Of a DNA stretch of 64,000 nt, positions 12,175-23,800 are shown one piece after another; the stretch's first letter is position 1, and each line of letters opens with the position of its first letter. Origin of the DNA: Lingula anatina (taxonomy: Eukaryota; Animalia; Brachiopoda). Location of the stretch: positions 37,764,401 to 37,828,400 of the forward strand of contig CM120641.1 of the NCBI GenBank assembly GCA_051362555.1. The letters run 5' to 3'. Both the position numbers and the translations under genes were made by a program. The notes below the pieces were generated by a model. It worked only from the letters and a program-made list of their open reading frames with translations, was not told the DNA's origin and did no database searches.

Positions 12175-15100
12175 ATGGTGAGTTTTGATTTGATTTGATT
12201 TATCGTATTCAACATCATGCAATTTCATCGCACAGTTCCATAGCCAAAAAAATATTTAACACGGTGATTGAGTTATATATAAGGTATTTTGAATGAATCA
12301 AGATACAAACCCGCCCAGTAGTATTTAGATTTTCCTTGCAGCTTTCAGAAATCCGAGTATTCGTTGCCATATTGCTACTGTGGGGTTGTGTTTTCTCCTC
12401 CTTGGGCAAAGATCACTCGACGGCGGGAAGAAGCAGACGACAGACTTCAGGTAGAGTAGTCCCTATTGTGACATGCATGTATTGCCGTTATATCATCTAA
12501 ATTATTTACAGTCAACCGCAGAGTCTGTGTCCGTATGTAACAATAATGAGACATCTTACTTTGAAGAAAATATAAATAGTCTGTTCGATTATCAGCTTGT
12601 GTTATTTATCAGTCCGATAATAGGGCTAGCAGAGCGAAATATATAGAAGTAAGCCGTTCAGATTGTCCGGTACATGTATGACTTTTTATTCTCATCGGTT
12701 TAAAATAGCCATCCGCTGAACTACTGTCCTTCTCTGTGTTTATCGGCTTCTTGTAAGTACGTTTTGCAACCCTCTAAATAACTGTCTATAAGTTAATATT
12801 CAGAAAGTCACCAAAGTGAACAAAGGTTGGTGTGAAACTATTAGAACTCAGCCAGAGTGATGGTAGAAGAACTAGAAAAATTGCCGCGGACACCGAGAAT
12901 TATCATTATTTATAGTTTTACTTTTTTGTTTGCTCATATTTTTCTTTTGCTTCGATATCTCACTAACGGCCTCTTTAATAAACCTGGTCGTCTGATGGCA
13001 CGTTTCCAAGTTCATTTAGATTTTAGTAAGACATCCTCTGAACAAAACGAGAGACGCAAGGGGCGGATTTTATTTTGTAAGAGTATAAAGCGACTTATGT
13101 TATTGATTATACCTTTGACTTAAATACACCATACTTAAAATATTTTGATTAATTAACTGTAAAAATAACATCAAAGCTGCACGCACACAAAGTAATGAAT
13201 TCATGAAAAGATAAAATCCAGGAGAGGAATAAATTTAATGCTAAATGTGGGACAAAGGGTAATCAAAACTTTATATATATATTATTATTATTATATATTG
13301 CAACAATAATTCACCATTTTGCCCTTGATCTTGATATGGTATCCAACGCACACAAACTTTTGTCATGTTTTCACTATAATGATTTTTTTAAACATTTTCA
13401 TATTTAGTTGTCAATCAGAGAAGAGTGTGTTTCTACGGCGGCTGGTCGAGAGAGAGGCTGGGTGCGGGCAGGTTTGACGCAAGCTTTATCAATGGCACCC
13501 TGTGTACCCACGTGGTTTACGCCTTTGCCAAGATTGTCAATGGAATCATGGTACCGGATAACAATGACTCCGCCCAGGAAGAAGGTATGAAAACAGCACC
13601 ACATTTTCCTTCATAAGTTTTTGTGCGTGTGAAACATGTCTCCTGAAGAACATCGGACGGGGGTGATCCTGTCGCAGTCATAAAAGCTTACGCGTCAGAA
13701 GACAGCTCCCCTGACCTACGACGCTTGTGAAGTATGTTACTCCATGAGTGCGACTATGTGATTGTGTGTGTGCATATTTGCTTGTGTCCATGCGAAATTC
13801 GTGCTTGTGGAAAAGTGTATTCAAGCGAAAATGCGTGCATATTGTAACTGTTTGCTCGTAGGCCCACTAAACGTTTCACAATGTTATGGATTGCGTTGAT
13901 TATTTTCATTGAATCTTTTGATACGAATTTTTAAATTGGCTTTGCTAAAAGCTTTCAGTTGGTTTTATATTTTCAATTTAATTAACATGATCACCCGTGC
14001 CTGTAATGCCTGACATTTGTATTCTTGACGAATAAACAGCTGAATTTGAAAACTGCGCCACTGAAATGTCGGTTTCCTCCTGCAGTGTACTATGCGGAAC
14101 TCCAGGCGGTGCGGAACCAGTACCCCCACCTGAAGATCCTCCTGTCCGTGGGCGGCTGGCTGCTGGGTTCAGGCCCATTCAGCAGTTTTGCCAGGAACTA
14201 TTCGCAGCGGCTCACCTTCGCGTCACATGCCCTAGCTGATCTCCGGCGGTGGGGGTTCGATGGACTGGACGTGAACTGGGAATACCCCGGATCACGATAT
14301 GGAAGCTCAGCGATGGACAAAGTCAACTATGTAGAGCTTCTGAAGGTAATTAAACAGAGATAAATAAGGCGTAATGAATTAAAGAGAGAAAACTTACTTG
14401 AACCTCCCCTCCCCTCCCAGATAAAAGCAAGGTAACCTATTTGAGATGCACCTCCTTAATAAAAGAGAGAAAGAATTTTTTTAAATTTTTATTTCTGACG
14501 TAGATCTTGCCCAACGTCTATTTTGATGATTTGGAAGTAATTTCTTAATGGCTAATACTAAATATACCAAAGACACATTTACAACTAAGACAACTTGAAC
14601 ACAAGATAGAATTCTGCAAAGAGTCACTTGCAATGTTGAAAAATAATAACAATCTGACAACTTGCTTTCAGGATATTTATTTCGCGTTTGAAGTGGAGGG
14701 AATGATGACCGGTCTACAGCGACTTTTACTTACGGCTACTGTGCCAGCTGGTAGAATAGCCATAGATAACGGATTTAACATACCTGAAATATCAAAGTAT
14801 TTCTCTTTTGATGGAGTTTTATAGAATATTTTTACTTACAACAGTATTACTGAATGTTGTGTTTTACTATCTTAGGGGATTTTTTAATGGAAAACGTTAC
14901 AGTCCTACAGAATTACATTTTATTACTATTGCTGCTGCAAAAAGGTTGTAATGAATTTAGTCATTATTTTTCTCTTTTCGATACCACGTCCTACGTGAAA
15001 AATCTACCCCATCTGCTCATGCTAAGAGTATACTCATGTTTCTTTTAGTAATATGAAATTCTTCTTTTTAGCTGGCTTGACTTCGTCATTATTATGACCT

Positions 15101-15296
15101 ATGACTACCACGGCTCCTGGCTGCACTCGCCCACAGGCCATAACGCGCCCCTCTACCCTGAGGAGCAGGAGGCCAACAAAGAACTGAACGTGGTGCGTTT
15201 GGTTTAACGAAGAATTGGGTATGGGTGTGATACGGAAGCGTAAAATCTATAATATATTGGCCAACTATTCAGATACACAAGTAGGTGTTTTATTGC

Positions 15297-15344
<48 letters not shown>

Positions 15345-17117
15345 GAATAACCGCATTCTGTTCCCTGATAAGTGAAGTATTTCAAAGACCGATGGAACTG
15401 ATGATAAGATTTAATTTCGATTTCTTCCCCAGGATTGGAGTGTGATGTATTGGATTAAACACGGTTACCCCCCTGAACATATAGTCCTCGGACTGGCGGC
15501 TTACGGGCGGACATATACCCTGTACAATGGTAACTGGACGCACATAGGGGCACCTGCTGCTGGCGGAGGGGGTATGGGGGATTACACCAAGACGGACGGG
15601 ATCAACGCTTATTATGAGGTACTTGTAGGAAAGAGTGGAATTATAAAATGTTTTGATTAGAATGCACCACTTGTTCACGGAGACATGATTTATGGTAGTG
15701 GTATTCACCTGTATTCATGATACCTAATAAATTAACGCTTTGTCTTCTTGAGAGTGTAGTAAATATTCATTGAGATTTGTGTATAAACGATGAAAGAGAG
15801 AAAGTGAGAGAGAGAGAGGGGGTGTGAAAGAGGGAGAGGGGGAGAGAGAAAATAATTTAAACTTCTTAATTTTTATTTAATTTTTTGTAGATTTGCAGTA
15901 AGCTTGACAACGGGTACAGTTTAGTCTGGAATGATGCTCAAAAAGTGCACTACGCCTACAATAATCAGACAATGGATTGGGTAGGGTTCGACAGCCCTAA
16001 AAGCATCGCAATCAAGGTGAAATTGTTGAGATAATCTTCCTTCTTTCCCTTTATAAGGGCGTGTGTGTGTGTGTGTGTGCGTGTGTGTGTGTGTGTGTGA
16101 GCATTGTACGTTTTTGTGTATTTTAACAAGTTTTTTTTATGTTTACGTACGATGAAGAAATAATAATATATAGCATGTAACGCATAAGATGAATATAAAC
16201 CGGTATGTGTCATGTGTGGCATGTGTATCGAATTTTTTCTACAATTTAAACTAATATAATTTTATAAAGATTAACATTTATGGATGTTATTCTACATTTA
16301 TGCATGTTAATTAATACATGTTAAAATTGATATTAACGTTTCTTTTTTTGCAGACGAAATACGCCATGTCTCTCGGTCTTGGCGGCATAATGATGTGGTC
16401 CTTAGACCTTGACGACTTCGGGGGCAGTTTCTGTAACCAGAGCCAGTATCCCTTACTGACCGCGGCTTACCTCGTGCAGACGTCAAATCTCACTGTTGAA
16501 GCCGTGGAAAAAATCTACCCAATGGATGGGACAGTCTACCAACCCAAGGTTAGACCGGAGTGCACTTTGAATTGTAAGTCCAGTGTGTTGTTTTTAGTCA
16601 TCCAGGTTTTTGTGGGTTCTGACATATGTGGGTAGGCCTATGTCGTTGTCTCGAGCAATGGATGACAGTTTCCTTTATATATCAAGGAGATTTCCCGTAC
16701 TATCCAGTCCTCAATCTTAAATAGTATATAAAATTTGATGAGAGGCAAATGGCGGTAAAGAAGAACAGCCAGTGCAGAGACTACGAGAACAAAGGCGTTT
16801 AGCGATCAATTTTCAGTCGGTACAAATTATAGATGCATATTATTATAATATGATAATAAAGGAAAGCCAATCAAGATTACACGCTTTTTTTCTGTTTCTA
16901 AAATTTGAAAGTAAATGACCTTTGATTCAATTTTTTTTCAGTTACATGTCCAGAAATACACGGCCTGTACCCACACCCTTGCCCTGACTCCTGTGATAGA
17001 TTCATCCATTGTGCATTCTACAGACCCAATGAGAAGATGTGTCCCCCGGGACTTTTGTATAGCAAAGAACTGCAGTGGTGCGAGTACCCGTGGATGGTGA
17101 CATGCACCACGTTTTAA
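12175..17117 (+). CDS. Secreted GH18 chitinase/chitinase-like protein with C-terminal CBM14 (peritrophin-A) chitin-binding domain, ~500 aa
   Basis: Exons (+): 12175-12177 (ATG only), 12342-12450 (signal peptide LSEIRVFVAILLLWGCVFSSLG, then RSRR), 13408-13584 (VCFYGGWS..CTHVVYAFA), 14086-14345 (KILLSVGGW..FDGLDVNWEYP), 14672-14796, 15072-15192 (MTYDYHGSW), 15433-15618, 15891-16016, 16354-16573 (GGIMMWSLDLDDF), 16942-17117 (CPEIHGLYPHPCPDSCDRFIHC..CPPGLLYSKELQWCEYPWMVTC). Total 1503 nt in frame. Confidence 0.92.
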
Positions 17118-17881
17118 TCTGACATGATAGTTCCTGGTTTTAATTTTGTAATGATTGTTTCGATTAAATACCATATTTCGCAACTTTTGAGTTGTCAACT
17201 TCGCCAGTCGAGTACCTTTGCATGTAGCACTTACACTACCAGTGGCATTAGAGCATGTATTTGGTAACGGCACAATATCGATAAGGTGTAAGAAACTGAG
17301 TCGAGATCTAGAAATACCTGTGGTACTTTATATGATAACAGAGGAAAATGTAGAAGTTGGTGGAAAATAACCCTCTCTTATGCGAATGCCTAAAACCCTA
17401 ACCTTTTGTCATTCTGAATTTTGTTCGTTGGCATTTTTATTTGGTTTATAAGGATTTCCCCAGAATCATCATAAACGGCGGTGAAGGAAAGTTAACCTGC
17501 AAACAAAGGTCCAGTTTAACAAGGTCTCGAAGTCCATGTAGTCGTTTCAAAAGTGTTAGATGAGAAATCTCTTATTTCTAAATTAATTTTTATTTCATCA
17601 TTTATGAAAGGCACAGGAACTGCATATTAATATTTAATAGAGTCAGACTACTTTTATGACGAATTCCGGTCTTGCAATTTCTTTGTAGGATTCTCTAGAG
17701 TCAATAAAAATCATAATATGAAAAAATGACATCGAAATGAAAAATTGCCATGAAGGGCCGACTTCTTAAGAAATATGAAACAAAGTGCAGTTTTGGCAAA
17801 GTAGAAAGGCAAGCGCCATGAGAATACCCAATAATTCCAAAGAAATAAGTGAACAAGGCATGTTTTATCAGCATACACAGC

Positions 17882-17887
17882 TTTATT
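17882..17887 (-). promoter_or_regulatory. Candidate polyadenylation signal (AATAAA) of the Mhc 3' UTR
   Basis: tttatt on + about 750 nt downstream of the terminal Mhc stop, facing the convergent chitinase gene. Confidence 0.55.
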
Positions 17888-18635
17888 CGGGTACAGAGGA
17901 GTGAGACATAAGTCTAGTTCTTAGTGTTCTACTCTCTACTGTAGATTCAAGTTTCTTTCATCTTGTTCACTAGTTTCAAGCAGAGGAGCTACAGTCCCCG
18001 TGTCTGCTTCATATTATTACTACTATGCTAAAGAGCATTCCCCTGTAAGCTCTTGTCTAATGCTCAATTCCTCCAAATGGATGGAATTAAAAGTCGCGTG
18101 TAAAATGTCTAAGTCGTCTGTTAGAACTAAAACAACACAGTCCCGCGTGTAAACACATTGTTTGGTAAATGGTTGCAAAAGTACTATTCACATAGACTTC
18201 AATCACAAGACTGATGGATAGAACTAAAATACACAATAATGTAACTATGATAACAATCGCGGCTTAAAAAGCTATTGTTTAAAAACTGTGTGATTTATGC
18301 CTACACTCCATTCTGCTAATTTTTGTATAACAAAAAAACTCACTGCCTCAATGTCTCAATACGTTTCCAATTTCCACGGTGTGTTCTTATGCAAGTCTGC
18401 TTGCCATATGTATAGTTCTTAAGCTATGATCAGCTACGTTCACTTTGCAGTCTTATATACGATCACTGCAATCTCACTGCGGTTTCAATACCAGTTCTAT
18501 ATATATATAAAAAATCGTAATAGTTCTCAATCAAAGTTCAGTTTTCAATTCGAAGCGAAACCTCACTGGTTTAGATAGAGAAGTTAAGCGTAGATATGGT
18601 AGTTGACTGTCTTTCTTAGTGGACTCCGCACATCT

Positions 18636-20888
18636 CTATTCTTCCTCATCCTCTCCCCCGTTGGCTGAGGCGGCAGAGCGATGTGACGTGTGTCCTGTTG
18701 AATTTGTCAGATTGGATGATCGTGGGATATAACTGCTGGACTTACTATATGAACTTACTGAAGACGGGGTATAATACTGAAACTGAAAGAAATAACAGGG
18801 ATATATTAGAGGCTGTACTAAATAAGATACCATGCAACAGAAGATATGAATGGTTTTTTAATACAGTAATCAAAAGCGTCACAGCAGTAAAATAATAGGG
18901 TTTTCTTTGCTGCAATTTTAAATCATACATTGTTGGTAAAAATGAAGCAAATAAAGTTCAAATCACTATTCTATTAATAAATTACACAAAAAGACATACT
19001 ACAAATTATACCAGTCCATGTAATCATAAACAATGTGTTCTGACATAAGAACTGTAACCAAATATGAAAAATACCTTCACCATCAGAAAAGGTTGAAAAT
19101 GTTATTGGGTTAATGTAGAAAAGGAAAGTTCACAAATTAGTCAATTTGCTCATTTGGCTATGCAACATACCAACAGACTTTCCATTCTAACCTTTATTTG
19201 ATTTTAAAAGTCAAACCATTCTTGTAAGATAACCCCTTCCATTTAACCACTTCTACTAATCCCCTTTACCCTCTGTGCCACTCATGCATCAATTTTATAT
19301 GTAAGATAATACATATATATGAACTTTCTTTCTGGCTTTCACTGTTGAAAAAAATCCAGGCACTAATTTCTAATTTGAAATATTCACAAAATAATTCCCA
19401 AATAAAAGACTAATACACCTCTGTACCAAAGATTTCACCAAGCAATGAACCAAGAAAAATGATGTATTTAAGACAAACAAAAATCAAAGAAAAAGAAAAC
19501 CACAAACAGCCTACTAACACCATTAAGAAAGCATTTAGGATGACAGTTAAGGCATACCACACATTAGGACAGCAATGGATTCAGTGACTCCTATTTTAGC
19601 TAGGGTCGAATTCAAGCCAGTCCAGATTAGGTCGCCAAGTGGATGGCAGGTTACGCTTCCTTTCTATAACTTCCACAACTTCCTATAGTACAAAAGTAGC
19701 ATTGAAGTGCTACAAAGGTCAGCAAAGGTGACACAGAATAAAGCAGAAATTATTACAATAGAATGGTAAGAAATCAGGAAAATTATAAAGGCAAGAAAAA
19801 TAATGAGGGGCCCTAACTGTGGTAAAAACCATCAGGCAAAATCTTGAAGTGAACAAAATTGGAAGTGAAAAATAAAAAAAGACACTGCAGTCCAGAATGG
19901 CTGAAAGATCCACAATGAAGTGACTCAATATTCTCAAGAAAAACAAGAGACAAAAAAATAACGATAAAATACAAAGAAAACACTAAGCCAAGCACAAAGT
20001 GCACAGAATGTAACAACAAACAAGCAAGTCATGAAAACCTTGCATAACAGTGCAAGCATGCACCGAGAGGGGAAAAGACTTACAAAGACAGTCAAATTGG
20101 TTAAAGCTTAGCAATTAATCAGTAGGTGTCTCTGAGCGACGGAAACTCCTTCTAACTCCTGCTGGTGCCTGTTTGGCTTGTTGTAAGAGCATGGATGCCT
20201 GGATGAAAGAAATAGGGTAGGAAATGCATGCTCAATAAAACAAGGTGTTGAGGTGAGAATGAGTCAACAAAACCCAATATCCAAGTTATGCTGGGGACGT
20301 GCAAGGTGAGGGTTTGGTTGACACAGGAGTACAGAACATCAGAATCAGTGGAAACAGTCTGAATTTCATTTGCATAACTCAACACTGTAACGGTTAAACT
20401 TCGAACATCAGACTTACAGACTACTTAAAATTCCTCAACCTGTCTGCTGGATCGTTTGACGGAGCTTTGTGAGATTGTGATAGAAGTACCGCCCTAATAG
20501 GTCAGGAGAGGATAGAGAATAAAAAGGTTGAGAATAGGTGATGCTGGTCACTTGCACAAACAACAGATGATCAAACTCCCCAGGACATGGGTTTGGTGGA
20601 GACACATGAATAGATGGTGGGTAGGTTCAAGAGTGGCCCCAATGGGGGAGGAGGGGGGGGGGTAATAATCAGATAGTGTCCCAAGATGCCACAGTGACAG
20701 GTCAACCTCTAAAGAGGATAATCAGAGATGAGAGTGTTGGAGTGACAAATGGTCCAAATCTTGGGGTGGATAGATTTTTTTCACAACCGGGCTTTTACTT
20801 ACAAGTCTTGTTTTTAATGTGAGGATTTTTTAACAGAGCTTGATGAGGTTCGCACAGTCTTAACTGTGACAACGGCAGAAGAACCGAC
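18636..20888 (-). CDS. Mhc: Mhc alternative non-helical tailpiece exons (4 stop-containing cassettes + terminal exon)
   Basis: Phase-0 exons: 20888-20803 [24 protein letters not shown]; 20493-20418 [22 protein letters not shown]; 20168-20084 [17 protein letters not shown]; 19682-19558 [28 protein letters not shown] (weakest); terminal 18782(or 18776)-18636 ...[13 protein letters not shown]. Each cassette has an AG acceptor and a GTAAGT or GTATGC donor. Confidence 0.72.
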
Positions 20889-23800
20889 CTAAAGTTCATA
20901 AATTAAAGGAATGTGAAGAACATATAAATAATTTTCTCCCCCAGTTGCTTGGACATGGTCGGCATTCTTTCTCTGAAGTGCATTTATCAACATATGTGAA
21001 GGTAGGGATACAATTCAAATTCAAATAATATAAAATCAGAATGAAAGTTTCTCAGTAAAATTGAAGAAATTAAAAAAAAAATTAATGCCTAATAAAGCAG
21101 AGACAAAAGCAGAAATAATTCATTTTGTGTCTCCGCACAGCCAAGATAAAGAAAGGTGTTTTATGTAAAATTGAAATGTGCAATCTATCTATGACTGTTC
21201 ATTTCTAGTAATAAATAGGGGTTTTAAATTAAAAAAAGAATAATGAGTCCAGATTTAAACAAAATACTGAAGAAAAATTACTTAATTAACAAATTATACA
21301 GGAAAGTTACTATAGGAGAATAAGAAATAAATGTGCAGAGAGTAATGTCAACTACTTACAGCTCCACTAGAGCCAGCAGATGATCTGCCTACGGAGACAG
21401 AGCTGCGGGACTTGGCGCGCATCTTGGACAGAGAGTTCTCTGCTTCATCAGCACGGCCCTCAGCATCCTCAAGCTCCTGCTGGACCTTGCGGTATTTAGC
21501 AAGGTTGACAGCAGCAATCTCCTCCTGAATGAGAAAATGAAGAATTGTTTAGCATGAATTGTTTTTTTTTGCAAAAAAGGAGCTCATATTTAGAAAATGA
21601 TGAAACAACTGATCTTGTACAAGTTCAAACTGATTTTACTTTTCATTTCAAGTTAAAGATAAAAAAGAAGCACAAAACATAAGATCCACAGCCTTTATAT
21701 AACAGATGATAATTTGCATGACTATAAGAACAAATGTACACTTTATTATATCAAAGTTTACTTACAGCCTCTTCCACTTGGCGCTTGTAGGTCTTGATCT
21801 TGGTCTGTAGTTTGTCAATGAGTTCCTGGAGACGCTCCATGTTCTTCTTCTCCTCTTCCTGTGCGAAAGCCAGCTCCTTCATGCGGCGGTCAGCCTTGCG
21901 TGCGTTCTTGTCGGTCTCAGCATGGCGGCGTTGTTCAGCATCCAATTCAGCTTCCAATTCACGGACCTAGAATTGCAGTGAAACTTTCATGTTGAATAGT
22001 GGCAAAATGGATTGAAATGTTTAAATATATTTAATATTTCAAAAGAATAAGATATAAGGTATAACCCCAGGGGAAAAAACAAGTTACTGATCTATTATCT
22101 AAACTATTCTTATTGTCAGAAGACAAGACAATGTTACTTACTCTCTGTTCCAACTTGGCAATGGCTTTCTTGCCACCCTTGAGTGCATTGCCCTCGGCCT
22201 CATCCAGGCGAACCTGCATCTCCTTCATCTGTGTCTCAATGCTCTTGCGGCTCCTCTCAATGCTTTGGCTGTGCTCTTGTTCAGAACGGAGTTCCTCAGC
22301 CAAGTGAGCAGAGTCAGCAGCAGCCTTCTTCATGCGCTCATCAGCAGCACGGATCTCATTGGCTTGTTCATCCAGATCAGCCTGCATGGCGGAGATGTCA
22401 GCCTCCAGCTTCCTCTTGGTGGAGGCAAGGTGCTGGCTCTGCTGGGTGAGTTCTGAGATGCGGTCCTGGGCATCTGTGAGTTCGTTCTCTGCAGCTTTGC
22501 GGGCTCTCTCAGCCTAAAGAAGAAAAGTCATTAATGACCAAGTTTCAACCTCTTGTAATTTTAAGTTCGATATAGGTTTAATTCCTTTCCATTTTGGATT
22601 TTTCAAAATTAAAATTTATTTCATATTTCATTTGGCCTAAAAGAATGTTGCTCAAAAATGAAATTCACACCTGTTCCATGGCAGTTCTGAGCTCTTCCAT
22701 CTCAGCTTGCACGGCGTTGGCACGTCTCTCAGCGCTCATCACATGCTCACGGAGCTCATCTCTCTGGTGGGCTTCATCATCAAGTTGTGATTGCAAGTCC
22801 TGTAGTAGAAGTAAAAAGAGAATAAAAACATTTTCCTAGTCATAAGATTTCAGTGAAATCTAAAATGTGAAGAATAGTACAAAACTCTTTTATTCTGATT
22901 TTGATGGTGGTTAAGACTTTCCATTCACAATAATCCATAGATTTCCATTTTAATGTGAAACATACCTTGGCCTGCTGTTGGAATCTCTTCACGTTCTTGT
23001 CAGCCTCAGCTCTTGCTCTGTTGGCAGCATCCAGGGCAACCTCAAGCTCGTTGATGTCCTGTTCCAGCTTCTTCCTCATGCGCATGGCCTCCTGCTTGCC
23101 CTTGGCCTCGGCATCGAGACTGGCCTGCATGGATTCCAGTCCGCGCTGGTGGTTTCTGCGGGTGTTCTCAAACTCTTCATCTTTCTCCTGCAGACGCTTG
23201 TCGATGTCCTGGCGAATGGCAGAGATTTCGAGCTGAGAGCGCATCACCTTGGCCTCTTCCTGCTCAAGAGCAGCCTCAGCCTCCTCCAGGGCAGCCTGCA
23301 GCTCTTCCTTCTCCATCTCGAGGCGTTTGCGGGCCTTCTCAACTTCATGGACATTGCGTCCACCCTCGCTGAGCTGATCTGTGAGGTCGTGGATCTCATC
23401 TGAAAAAGGTATGTACATTTCAATAATAACTGAGCAAAATATTCAATACTAACTGCTGTTTTACAGTAAATTATATATTTTTATTTTTTACTGATTTTGG
23501 TAATAGCCAAGGATCTTAGAATTCATGCCAGGTTAATCTTAGAAAGATATCTACCTGAGAGGTTCTTGTTCTCTCTGCGGACAGCATCCATGGCATCAGA
23601 GTGTTCCTCAATTCTGGCACGGAGGGTGAAGATTTCAGCAGAGTAGCTGCGAGCTTCACGCTGAGCAGCCTCAACCTCAGCTTCAAGATCCTTGATTCTG
23701 GCCTGGAATTCGGAGACGGTCTTGTCAAAGGAACGGTTCCTCTTCTCCATCTGCATGAGATTAGCATTGGCTCTCTCAGCTTCAATGGCCAGGTCTTCCA

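Noticed and set aside
12709-12752. AG...GTAAGT-bounded 44-nt segment in a chitinase intron
   Set aside because: Inclusion would introduce an immediate stop, and the flanking exons already join in frame.
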